Shown: positions 1 through 9,312 of the stretch, one piece after another | Layout: each line of letters starts with the position of its first letter | Numbering within the stretch: position 1 is the stretch's first letter | From: Verrucomicrobiota bacterium | GTDB lineage: Bacteria; Verrucomicrobiota; Verrucomicrobiia; Limisphaerales; JAJOIW01 | Assembly (NCBI GenBank): GCA_021209225.1 | Contig: JAJOIW010000108.1 | Span: 1 to 51,500 of the forward strand | Length of the DNA stretch: 51,500 nucleotides | Reading direction: 5' to 3' | The notes under the pieces: generated by a model | Database searches by the model: none | What the model was told of the DNA's origin: nothing | What the model saw: only the letters and a program-made list of their open reading frames with translations | Program-made: the position numbers and the translations under genes

Positions 1-1803
1 TGCCCGCCACCAGATCGGGCCAGGTAATCCAGCCAGGGTGACGCCCCTCTGGCTTCAACTGGCCGGCCGGATCCACGCGTGAAATACTGTCCGGCTATCT
101 TTTCATATTCCGGCAATTCGGGCAGTTCATCAAAGAAGGGGGATTCATTGAAATACCGGTGGTCAATCTCACGGGCCCACGGCACAGAATCCAGTGGAAG
201 CCGCAATCCCATGGGCGAATCCCCAGGGATCAGGTACATTCTTTCGGGCCGCAAAAACCAGGGGCCGGAAACCCAGGAATATTGTGGACCTTTCCATCCA
301 CGTTCGAGGGGCAATGCATACCCCACCACCTTATCGAGTCCCTGCTCAAAAACCTTGGCCAGCCGCTTCCGATCCTCCTCGTTCTGGAGGTTGTTTTTAA
401 ATGGATCCACATTGACTGGCAGACGCCGCTCTTTCCACAGGTAGTAAAAAGCATCCTCATAGCCCGGCAGAATGAATTTCTCCTCGACATCGAGCTTGAA
501 TGACAACCTGGAGATGAATTCAGCCGCGTGTTTTTCCTGAGCTCCCTGGGGAGTGCGGAAGTCAGCAAAGAGATCGGGATTATTCCAGACAGGTTGCCCA
601 TCCTTGCGCCAATAGCATCCGTATGCCCAGCGGGGGAGGGATTCTCCCGGATACCATTTGCCCTGACCGTGGTGGAGAAATCCACCCTGGCCAAAACGTC
701 CAAATAACCTCCGCAGCAGATCTTCAGCCCGCTCCCGTTTCTTGTCTCCGAGAGCGTCGGTTTTCCACTCCGGACTTTCATAATCCTCTGAGCTGACAAA
801 TGTCGGCTCGCCTCCCATGGTCAGGCGAACCTGGTTTTTCCCGAGTCCCTGATCGATGGCATCGCCCAGATCGAGGATCCTGCGCCATTGCTCATCGGTG
901 TAGGGAAGTGTCACCCGAGGCGTCTCATGGAACCGCTCGACCGACATCTCAAAATCGAATTCCACCTCGCATTTTTCCAACCCGCCAGATATGGGAGCCG
1001 CGGAAGATGGTTGAGGAGTGCAGGCCAATGGAATGTGCCCCTCACCGGCAAATAGTCCGGATGTGGGATCCAGCCCAATCCAGCCCGCTCCTGGCAGGTA
1101 AACTTCAGCCCACGCATGCAGGTCGGTGAAATCCTTATCCGTTCCGGCGGGTCCTTCCACCGGCTTCACGTCCGGCTTCAACTGGATCAGATACCCCGAA
1201 ACAAACCGGGCTGCCAGTCCGAGATGACGCAGTATCTCCACCAACAACCACCCGGTATCGCGGCATGATCCGCTGGCCTTGGTCAGAGTTTCCTCCGGAG
1301 ATTGAACCCCAGGCTCCAAGCGGATCACATACCCGATCCTTTTCGAGAGCGCCGCATTCAGAGACACAAGAAAATCCACCGTGGTTTTCGGTGTCAGGTC
1401 AATTGAATCCAGGAATTCACGGAACAATGGACCATGGGTCCCTTTTGCCAGAAATGGCTTGAGACTCTCCGCAATCTCAGGCTCATAGGTGAAAGGAAAT
1501 TCCGTCGCGTCCGGTTCCAGAAAAAAAATCAAACGGATCAATGACCTCCATTCGAGCAACCAACTCAATGAAGACTTCAAAATGATCGGTTTTCTCCCGG
1601 AAATTCAGTCGCGCCTGATAGTTGCTGAACGGATCCTGTTGCCAGTTGATGAAATGCGCCGCAGGTCGGATCGTTTGAGTGTAACTCAAGATGCGTGTCC
1701 GACTATGTGGTGCCGGTCTCAACCGAACGGTATGAGGCCCCATCTGAACCTTACGGTCGTAACGGTACGTTGTGCGGTGACGAAGTAATACGTCAATCGA
1801 CAT
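1..1803 (-). pseudogene. Transglutaminase-family protein (Bact_transglu_N + TGase core + DUF2126-like region). N-terminal ~600 codons; gene continues beyond the window start. The frame is broken once at an A8 run.
   Basis: Minus-strand translation from 1803 reads MSIDVLLRHRTTYRYDRKVQMGPHTVRLRPAPHSR...NWQQDPFSNYQARL. As written the ORF stops at 1483. Removing one base of the A8 run (1521-1528) gives DFFLEPDATEFPFTYEPEIAESLKPFL...SGSCRDTGWLLVEILRHLGLAARFVSGY...DLHAWAEVYLPGAGWIGLDPTSG (Cys/His/Asp core)...TMGGEPTFVS...GQGKWYPGESLPRWAYGCYWRKDG. That frame is open to position 1. Confidence 0.85.
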
Positions 1804-2130
1804 AGGCTTCGATCATGCTCCCACCCAGCTAAATTGAAAGCACGAAGTTGAATTAAAAACGCTCATTCTATTCATGAATCGCAATACTCATCTGAGTGCT
1901 GCTGACTCATTCTGCCCGGCCCCAGAACCCATAGGACCCGCCTCAAGCAACCCATCCTCAGTTGTTTTTATCCAAGCACCCGATCAAAGAAGATGTGCCG
2001 ATGCCGTGTTTTCCTGCTTCATCTCACTCCCAATCCACCGGAAATCTCATGTCTCCAATTCTTTCAAATACGGTTTTGTATATAACTGAATAAAAAATCG
2101 GGGGCATCCAATCCTTCCACATTTCAATGC

Positions 2131-2275
2131 CCCTCACCTCCCCCAAATCCTCATTCCGTGTATTCCGCTTTTTCCGTGGTTGAATACCCCACTCCTCACA
2201 TTCTCCATCCTCCCGCATCTATTCACCCTCACCTCCTCCACATCCTCATCCTCATTCCGTGCCTTCCGCGTTTTG
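2131..2275. repeat. Two direct copies (~50 nt) of a G-depleted repeat: CCCTCACCTCC...ATCCTCATTCCGTG..TTCCGC. The first copy ends in TTCCGCTTTTTCCGTGGTTGAA.
   Basis: Copy A at 2131-2186 and copy B at 2225-2275 share CCCTCACCTCC, ATCCTCATTCCGTG and TTCCGC blocks. The 22-mer TTCCGCTTTTTCCGTGGTTGAA (2164-2185) recurs at 3866-3887 with 20/22 identity. Only 14 G in 150 nt on the + strand. Confidence 0.7.
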
Positions 2276-2305
2276 TATGACGTCCAGATTAAATGATTCC
2301 GGCGG

Positions 2306-3199
2306 TTGGGAAAAAACACTGGACCCTGGGAAAAGATCCTTCAGTATGCAGAAAAACAGAATAATGAAATGAACATCGCTGAACAGAAACATCCATTCAG
2401 ACAACTTATTGATCGAGGTGACGTGGAGGGTATTCGGTCGGCCTTGCAGTCTAATCCATCCTGGGCAAGTGAAAAAATCTCTTGGGGATACGGCAATAAC
2501 GTGTGTTTAAGCGATCCCCTGCATTACCTGAGCGATGCTCCATTTCATCAACTCTGGAACCACGGAAAACAAGCTCAAATCGCCCGCATTTTATTGGAAT
2601 CCGGCGCTCCAGTGGAGGGACATCCCACTTCGAACGAAAGCCCGCTGCATGGGGCTGCCAGTCTGGGCGAGGCAGCTTTGGCTGAGGTTCTGATTGACCA
2701 CGGAGCGAATCTTGAATCTGTCGCCCAATACCCTGGAATCATCCATGGAACACCATTGGAATTTGCCACTCACTTCGGAATGCGATCCGTGGCTGAAATT
2801 CTTTATGCCCGGGGAGCCAAAGTCTATTCTGCCGCTATGGCCGCTGGCGTTGGAGATGAGTCGCTCATGATGCAGCTTTTACCAAACACAAACGCTGAAG
2901 AATTGAGTGAAGTCCTCAGGACAGCTGTGGTATGCAATCAACAATCCATCGTGCTCCGCCTGTGGCAATATGGGCTCTCTGCTGATCACGACATTCAAGG
3001 TGCCTCACCACTTCATTGGGCAGCCTGGGAAATGCAGCCAGAAATGGTTCGTTTCCTCCTGGCCCATGCAGCGGACCCACATTCCCTCGATTCAAAATAT
3101 AACCTCACCCCATCCGGATGGGCACAACATAGACTACAGACTTTCCCCCATTCACAACAACTCCAACAGGTCATACATATACTGAGTCAGACACTATAA
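2306..3199 (+). CDS. Ankyrin-repeat protein
   Basis: Several ANK-like units are visible: SPLHGAASLGEAALAEVLIDHGANL, GTPLEFATHFGMRSVAEILYARGAKV, ASPLHWAAWEMQPEMVRFLLAHAADP. The ORF opens with TTG at 2306. The first in-frame ATG is at 2369 (MNIAEQK) and may be the real start. Confidence 0.8.
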   Translation: MGKNTGPWEKILQYAEKQNNEMNIAEQKHPFRQLIDRGDVEGIRSALQSNPSWASEKISWGYGNNVCLSDPLHYLSDAPFHQLWNHGKQAQIARILLESGAPVEGHPTSNESPLHGAASLGEAALAEVLIDHGANLESVAQYPGIIHGTPLEFATHFGMRSVAEILYARGAKVYSAAMAAGVGDESLMMQLLPNTNAEELSEVLRTAVVCNQQSIVLRLWQYGLSADHDIQGASPLHWAAWEMQPEMVRFLLAHAADPHSLDSKYNLTPSGWAQHRLQTFPHSQQLQQVIHILSQTL

Positions 3200-3210
3200 A
3201 TAAATAATTT

Positions 3211-3707
3211 ATGAACATTGGAATTTTTTCAGATATTCACGATCATATTCCCAACCTGGTGGCAGCACTTGAAAGACTATCGGATTGCGAACATCTCATT
3301 TGTTGCGGCGATCTCTGTTCTCCATTCATTGCCAGGAAAATAGGTGAACTGACTACCAGACCAGTTCATATTGTTTTTGGCAATAATATGGGGATCGATT
3401 TCGTATCCGTGAAATTACCCGGTCCTTTGATCATCTTAAATTCTACGGGGAATATGTTGAACTCACTCTCGACAACCGGTTGATATCCATCAACCATTTC
3501 GATTCCATCGGAAGAGCCATCGCTAAAGCCCCAGGATACGACCTCGTCTGCTTTGGCCATAACCATTCAGCCGAAATCTCCACAAAACCCACAAACGATG
3601 GCATCATCGTAAATCCTGGCGAAATTCTCGGTTCCCTCTCAGGCACCGCTTCATTTGCCATATACAATACCACAAGAAATGATGCCCAAATCATAAACCT
3701 TAATTAA
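3211..3707 (+). pseudogene. MJ0936/YfcE-type metallophosphoesterase, split by a 1-nt indel
   Basis: Frame 1 reads MNIGIFSDIHDH...CCGDLCSPF...VHIVFGNN, then turns to nonsense and stops at 3483. The other frame from ~3390 reads GDRFRIREITRSFDHLKFYGEYVELTLDNRLISINHFDS...DLVCFGHNHSAEI...IIVNPGE. The junction GNN|DGD requires one extra base at ~3387-3389. Confidence 0.85.
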
Positions 3708-3787
3708 TCCAATCATTACAACCCATTCATGCATGGTCCAGATTGATCAGCAATTCAGATTGCCTTCACAATCGTGGAAGAATTTTT

Positions 3788-3916
3788 CCAACCACGGAAT
3801 TCACTGAATTCACAGAATAGGGTTCTGGTGTGCCTCTCTCACGCACTCCTTTCCCTTCCAGGTTTTCCGCTCTTTCCGTGGTTCAACTATTTTCCCACCA
3901 CGGAATTCACTGAAGG
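3788..3916. repeat. CCACGGAA-type repeat cluster immediately 3' of the GxxExxY gene
   Basis: An exact 18-nt direct repeat ACCACGGAATTCACTGAA occurs at 3791-3808 and 3897-3914. TTCCGTGGTT (3874-3883) is the inverse of AACCACGGAA (3790-3799). TTCCGCTCTTTCCGTGGTTCAA (3866-3887) matches the unit at 2164-2185. Confidence 0.8.
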
Positions 3917-3953
3917 ACTATGATGTTTGACTTATGCCTGTCCACTTCTCTGT

Positions 3954-4382
3954 TTACTCTTCTTCATTTTCCTGTTTTGAGATTCTTGATTCAATTTGTC
4001 TCTTTGGTGTTACCAGTCTTTCAATTTCCGCTTTGGGATAGCTGGCAAAATTGACCAGCAAACCTATTTCCACTTGTGCGGCTTTTAGATAATTGATGAG
4101 TTGGGCTCTATGTTCAGGTAAAAGGTTTTTAACCGCTTTGATTTCCAATATCACCTTCCCATAGCACACAAAGTCTGGCCTGTAGGATTGGCTGAGCCGT
4201 TCATTTTTATATACCAGGCTCAAATCCGGGTGTGATTGAAATGGGATGCCGCGGAAATGAAGTTCTTTTTCCAGGCATTCCTGATAAACCGGTTCAATGA
4301 ATCCGGGGCCCATTTCGCGGTACACATCGAAAATTGCCCCGCGCAACTCGAACGTCTCATTCTCACACACCAATGCACACAT
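3954..4382 (-). CDS. GxxExxY protein (PD-(D/E)XK nuclease-like PDDEXK_3 family)
   Basis: LRGAIFDVYREMGPGFIEPVYQECLEKELHFRGIPF...RPDFVCYGKVILEIKAV...HRAQLINYLKAAQVEIGLLVNF carries the GxxExxY motif (GPGFIEPVY) and the D..E.K core. Confidence 0.9.
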   Translation of the reverse strand: MCALVCENETFELRGAIFDVYREMGPGFIEPVYQECLEKELHFRGIPFQSHPDLSLVYKNERLSQSYRPDFVCYGKVILEIKAVKNLLPEHRAQLINYLKAAQVEIGLLVNFASYPKAEIERLVTPKRQIESRISKQENEEE

Positions 4383-4483
4383 ACCATATCTCGGTCAATG
4401 TGTGGGAGTGTGATGAAATTCAGAGTAGTATTTCAAGAAGATAATTCTATTTTATGTGAAATAAAACTCTGGGCAGGTGGGCA

Positions 4484-7400
4484 TTAATTATTGATTTTGA
4501 AGATGAAGAATCCTGCTTCCCGATTGGCGATCAGTTGGATACCGCGTTTTTCTCTCCCATAATCCAGCGGGGTGACATTGGGAGTTATCCTTTCCTGAGT
4601 GAATTGCCCACCGAGTTCGGGAACAGCCAGAATTTGAAAATCGATATCTCCCCGTTCGCGAAAGACCTCGATTGTCATCTCGACGATTGACTCACCATAT
4701 TCATTTGAGGTGAGTGTCGTCTCCAGTGGGAGACTGTTTACAGTGAATGGGTTTGTTCCGATGAGGAATTCAGTTTCGTTGTTTAATCCATCCCCGTCGG
4801 TGTCGTCGAGTTCAGCAATGGAGTTTTCCACGGGAGATTCATCTGCTTGTTGATTCACGTGGTATTCGATCCACTGACGATAATCATTGATGGATTGCAC
4901 GGGTTCCATGTGGCTGAGGATACTGTATGCCAGTTTTTGAGCTGATGGATTGCTGAAGCTGGTACGGACCGGGTTTTGTGCGAGGCTGACATTCAAGGGC
5001 CCGGAATAATGGTCAATACTGACTTCAAATGCGAGGTTCAGAATTTCATATTCCCCGGGTGGGAGCATCGTCCCGGGTGGGGATGCAAGGACGAACCCAA
5101 TTCTTCCATGCTTCGCACTCTGAGTATTGACAAAGTGAGTGGCTCCATCGGTGAGCTGATTGTCCATCAGTTCTGCATTTTCGAATGTCATTAAGCGTGG
5201 GTCGAAATGGATACTGAATCCGAGGCTGGAGACGTTTCCGGTATGGATGAGGCTGACAGTGAGCTGGGCAATGGATCCAGCGACCACGGATCGGGATGTC
5301 AGAAGAATTTGGGCGGATTCCTGGGATTCATTTTGGCCATCCGCGGACAACCGTACTGGAAGAGGTGATATATACTGATCGGATCCAAACTGATTCGGCG
5401 CTCCCCCAGATCCTTGTTTGGGGCCGGATTTTAATTTGAGTGCATCGAGACCTGCGACATAGCGACCAGTCTGTATCCAATCGGACAAGCTGATGCGTCC
5501 ATCCCCACCTGATTCCGGTGGCCAGGTATCCACCGAACTGAACAAGCGATCCTGACTGGATAAACTATCCAAAAGCACCAGATACCGACCCGCCTGAACA
5601 AAGTCGGACACATCCAATTGATTGTCTTCATATCCCGTTCCGTTTATCTCCAGTCCAACTAGATCACCTTCAAATCCGGATCCCTGCACTTCGATGAATA
5701 CCGTGCCAGTGGATTGCCCACCCGCATTATCCAATAATGTATATGTGAATGAATCGACCAGACTTTCCCCCGGATCCAGGACAATCACATTGACTGAGAG
5801 AGATGGATCGTAGGTATAGCTTCCATCTTCATTAAGAACTATTTCTGCCCCCTGAGTACTGGCAAATGGGTTGCCATCACTGACCAATGTGAATGCTTTT
5901 CCATCGGGGTGGAAATCATTGCTTAATACACCATTGAGTGCGGTGACTGTCAGCACGCCTATTTCTCCTGCGACATAATTGTCCGCCTCAGCCTGGGCTG
6001 GATCATCCACGGGAGCAATTGTGAGAGTTATCTCAACCTGAGATTCATACCCATCATCGTCGGTGACACGGATTTGAAAACTGTCCAAACCGGAAAAATC
6101 CGGTTCGGGAGTGTATGTCCACTGTCCGGTATTGGATTCGATGGTGGCGGATCCATGTGATGGGGTGGAACTGACGATGAATCGATCATCCTCAGTCAAA
6201 CCATCGGCATCGGACACGACGAGTTGTAACACCAGGGAGGAGTCCTCATCGAGCGAGCCAGAGTTGCCCGACACAACCACCAGCGGATCATCAACGGAAA
6301 GAACAACCACTGGTATCGACACGTCCCGGGAATACCCGTCGTCATCCATAATCGTGATGATAAATGCATCGTCGCCGTGGAAATTCGCATTGGGAGAATA
6401 AGTCCAGGCACCGGATACAGCGTCCACCTGCGCTGTGCCGCGGTCTGGCCCTTGTTTCAAAGTAAAATAACTTCCATCTGTCAATCCGTCTGCCGGATCA
6501 CTCGCCACTATGGTGCCGTTTATGGAAGTATCCTCAGACCCGGAACCATTGGTATGTCCCGTCACCTCCACCAGATCGTCAACCGACTGGATCTCAATGG
6601 CAACAACGAAGGTTTCCTGATGTCCGTCATCATCGGTAATCATCACGGTAAAACTATCCAAACCATTAAAGTGAGCTGCTGGGGTATATGCCCAGAGTCC
6701 ACTCGCGACACCGATCTCAACAACTCCATGCGCCGGTTGAACAGCCAGGGAAAAATACGTCCCATCAGTCAATCCATCAATGGAATCGACCGCTGCAATT
6801 GTCCCCGTCACCGCCCCACCATCCTCAAGTCCCACACCACTTAAATCCCCACTCACAGCCACAGGATCATTCACGGATGTCACCTCTATCTGAATCACCT
6901 GGTCTGCCGCATGCCCCAAATCATCCGTAACACGTATAGTGAATGTATCCAGTCCGTGAAAATTTTCATCCGGGGTATAGCTCCATTCTCCCGTCCCGGA
7001 ATTGACGTCCGCTGATCCATGCAACCCATCCACCAGCAGAGAATACGGAGTCGCCGATGTCATCCCATCCGCGTCGTCCACCGCATCCAATTCCCCCACA
7101 ACAGCCCCACCATCCTCAACCATACTCCCACTCAAATCCCCACTGATAACAGCAGGGTCATCAACTTGGGTAATCGTGATCGTTATATCAGCTGCATTGG
7201 AATCATCGAAACCGTCGTTGACCTGGTAAGTGAACGTTACCACTCCAGAATAATTTGCTGGAGATTGGAATGAAAACCATCCATCAGAAGTTATACTTAA
7301 TACGCCTAGAGTGGGGGGCTGAACCACGCTGATCGTCAGACTGGTTGAGTCGGGGTCGACATCATTTTCTGTAGGGTCAAATATAATTCCGCCATCTTCA

Positions 7401-9049
7401 AGAAGCACATAGGAATCATTGTTAGCCACCGGCGGATTATTAAAATAAACGATTGTGCCAACTGGTTCAAGAGTGATACTCTCACCTGATGCTGATACTG
7501 ATTCAATATCAACTGGACTTCCAGTGATATTCAAAGAAGTCTCCAGAATTCCAGCTTTTCTTTCTATCTCAAATAATATATTTGCTATCTCCAGGACACC
7601 TGAATCAAATGTTTGTCCAATTTCACTGGCAAAAGCAACACCGATTGATCCAGTCAGTTGATTGATATCACTCACAATCAGAGTGCTCGTTGAGAATCCG
7701 GGTGACTTAGTCACTACCGGATTCCTCAAGATCTGAGTATCAAAAGCGACTGAGAATGAAACCCCAGCGACATCCCCGGAAGATTCAAGATATATAGGAA
7801 TGGAAACCGTTTCCAAATCAATAATCGGGTTTGGATCAAGCAATAATCTGGACTTTGGTATGTATTGATCTCCATAAAGAGCTATTCCCCCTGGGGTCAT
7901 GAAGCTTGCATATGTCAAACCGTTATTCGTTGACCGCCTGGTCTGAACATATCGGATATCCCCAAGCCACCCATTATCTGAACCTCGCCAATGGGGCCCT
8001 AACTCGTCACCAAAGGTATCAATTACTATGAAAAAAAGCTCATTCGCTGGAATTTTCACCGTTCTGTCACTGTCAAATTCAAAAATATTTGTTCCACCCA
8101 GGACGGGTTCCAGTCGCGAGTAAACAGCTAGTTCAGTGCCCGGTACCGCATTAGATCCTATCACTTCCTGATAAGAATGGAGGCTCACTTTCACCCTGCC
8201 CGGGTTACCAGGAATTGGATTTGACAGTTGCAAATCGATCCGATCTATCTGAATGTCATAATCAGGTGCCTGGAATAACAAAGAATATTGTTCGGTATTC
8301 GGAGATTCACCCGAGGAAATTGTACCTTGTTGAGTGTTTCCACCAAGTTCAATATTACTTGCCAGTATAACTTTTGGAATACTCAAAACTGTTATAGCGG
8401 CTCTGGATGTGATCGTTTCAAAAAAATCTGGAATCGCGGACTCATTGATTGAATCGAACTGAATAAACCCACCACCTTGTGCAAACCGGTTAGCCAGCAA
8501 ATCCTTATCAGGAATACCTGGCCCAACTAATACCTGACCGGAACCATCATCAAATACGAATTGAATTTGTGCGATACTTAAACCCCCGACAACAGCATTA
8601 AGTCCTGAGTATAGATGCACAAAGTCTGAAACATACCCGGATGTATTTGCTTCACCCGATTCAATATCTACTATAGGACCTGGAGGGTAACCTTCTCCAT
8701 GGTCATATACAGTCATAGTTCGAGCCCCGGTATCTTGTCTATATGTTTGTTCGCTGACTGTAATTTCAATATACTCGAAAGAGTAGTCTCCCCTGTATGG
8801 TTCAACTGGCGTATTCAACTTCTGATCAAGTGAATAAGCAAATTTTCCTGAAAAGGCGAAACCAGCAGGCAGCGAACCAAACGAATCTGTAAGCTGAGCT
8901 TCAAACTCAAACTCAGCGGGATTTTGCGACCAACCCACATATGGACAAATACCAAATAAAAATAATGTCACCAAATTTTTATTTATATTAATTGAGAAAC
9001 AGGAGCAAAGCATTCTCAATAACCAAAACTTTGGGCCAGCGGTATTCAT
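4484..9049 (-). CDS. Giant (1521 aa) secreted/surface protein with two cohesin-like domains, four tandem ~97-aa VCBS/cadherin-like repeats, a dockerin-like Ca-binding pair, a DxDxDG motif and a C-terminal beta-domain
   Basis: Uninterrupted 4.6-kb ORF with a hydrophobic N-terminus. Repeats read VDDPxxxSGxxxGxxxEDxxxxGxxxAxDxxDGLTxxxxF...GxWxYTPxxxFxGxDxFxxxxxDDxG. Cohesin-like segments: VSIPIYLESSGDVAGVSFSVAFD and QLTVSLIHTGNVSSLGFSIHFD. Dockerin-like segments: NQLDVSDFVQAGRYLVLLD and GGDGRISLSDWIQTGRYVAGLD. DDTDGDGLNNETEF is also present. Confidence 0.8.
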   Translation of the reverse strand: MNTAGPKFWLLRMLCSCFSININKNLVTLFLFGICPYVGWSQNPAEFEFEAQLTDSFGSLPAGFAFSGKFAYSLDQKLNTPVEPYRGDYSFEYIEITVSEQTYRQDTGARTMTVYDHGEGYPPGPIVDIESGEANTSGYVSDFVHLYSGLNAVVGGLSIAQIQFVFDDGSGQVLVGPGIPDKDLLANRFAQGGGFIQFDSINESAIPDFFETITSRAAITVLSIPKVILASNIELGGNTQQGTISSGESPNTEQYSLLFQAPDYDIQIDRIDLQLSNPIPGNPGRVKVSLHSYQEVIGSNAVPGTELAVYSRLEPVLGGTNIFEFDSDRTVKIPANELFFIVIDTFGDELGPHWRGSDNGWLGDIRYVQTRRSTNNGLTYASFMTPGGIALYGDQYIPKSRLLLDPNPIIDLETVSIPIYLESSGDVAGVSFSVAFDTQILRNPVVTKSPGFSTSTLIVSDINQLTGSIGVAFASEIGQTFDSGVLEIANILFEIERKAGILETSLNITGSPVDIESVSASGESITLEPVGTIVYFNNPPVANNDSYVLLEDGGIIFDPTENDVDPDSTSLTISVVQPPTLGVLSITSDGWFSFQSPANYSGVVTFTYQVNDGFDDSNAADITITITQVDDPAVISGDLSGSMVEDGGAVVGELDAVDDADGMTSATPYSLLVDGLHGSADVNSGTGEWSYTPDENFHGLDTFTIRVTDDLGHAADQVIQIEVTSVNDPVAVSGDLSGVGLEDGGAVTGTIAAVDSIDGLTDGTYFSLAVQPAHGVVEIGVASGLWAYTPAAHFNGLDSFTVMITDDDGHQETFVVAIEIQSVDDLVEVTGHTNGSGSEDTSINGTIVASDPADGLTDGSYFTLKQGPDRGTAQVDAVSGAWTYSPNANFHGDDAFIITIMDDDGYSRDVSIPVVVLSVDDPLVVVSGNSGSLDEDSSLVLQLVVSDADGLTEDDRFIVSSTPSHGSATIESNTGQWTYTPEPDFSGLDSFQIRVTDDDGYESQVEITLTIAPVDDPAQAEADNYVAGEIGVLTVTALNGVLSNDFHPDGKAFTLVSDGNPFASTQGAEIVLNEDGSYTYDPSLSVNVIVLDPGESLVDSFTYTLLDNAGGQSTGTVFIEVQGSGFEGDLVGLEINGTGYEDNQLDVSDFVQAGRYLVLLDSLSSQDRLFSSVDTWPPESGGDGRISLSDWIQTGRYVAGLDALKLKSGPKQGSGGAPNQFGSDQYISPLPVRLSADGQNESQESAQILLTSRSVVAGSIAQLTVSLIHTGNVSSLGFSIHFDPRLMTFENAELMDNQLTDGATHFVNTQSAKHGRIGFVLASPPGTMLPPGEYEILNLAFEVSIDHYSGPLNVSLAQNPVRTSFSNPSAQKLAYSILSHMEPVQSINDYRQWIEYHVNQQADESPVENSIAELDDTDGDGLNNETEFLIGTNPFTVNSLPLETTLTSNEYGESIVEMTIEVFRERGDIDFQILAVPELGGQFTQERITPNVTPLDYGREKRGIQLIANREAGFFIFKINN
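6010..7170 (-). repeat. Four tandem ~290-nt coding repeats (VCBS/tandem-95-like) inside the 1521-aa gene
   Basis: Each unit starts with V(D/N)DP on the minus strand. The first VDDPAVISG maps to ~7142-7170 and the last IAPVDDPAQ to ~5991-6020. 1160 nt / 4 is about 97 aa per unit. Confidence 0.75.
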
Positions 9050-9312
9050 TCCGGCAATGTCTTAATTAACGTATAAATAAACAAGCAAAAGTGGGTAATG
9101 TTACTTTTAGAAATGCTACTAAATTGACATATTCCACATTCGGGATTGAATTAAAAAAAGAGTCCACTATTGAGCATCAACCATCTCTATAAAAAAAATT
9201 CCCCCACCAGAGTTTTCGACTGACTTGAGAAAAGCTTCTACTGGCACTGGGAGGGAGGAGTGGATATTTGCCGGACGCGGAGTTAAGCATCCGGTCGGGA
9301 TGGGGTCTGACC

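Noticed and set aside
5930-7290. Regular ~290-nt and ~1400-nt (28138-30940) periodicities, considered as possible CRISPR or satellite arrays.
   Set aside because: The periods are multiples of three within uninterrupted ORFs. The units are diverged protein-domain repeats with no short conserved repeat/spacer alternation.
4976-7661. Numerous 60-155-aa ORFs antisense to or out of frame within the 1521-aa gene (e.g. 6377-6844, 6688-6930, 7002-7273). Similar shadow ORFs lie inside the 1736-aa, 879-aa, kinase, macAB, tolC, glgC and O-antigen-ligase-like genes.
   Set aside because: They lie wholly inside long, motif-supported ORFs on the other strand or frame. They have low-complexity or proline/serine/arginine-rich translations and no recognisable motifs.
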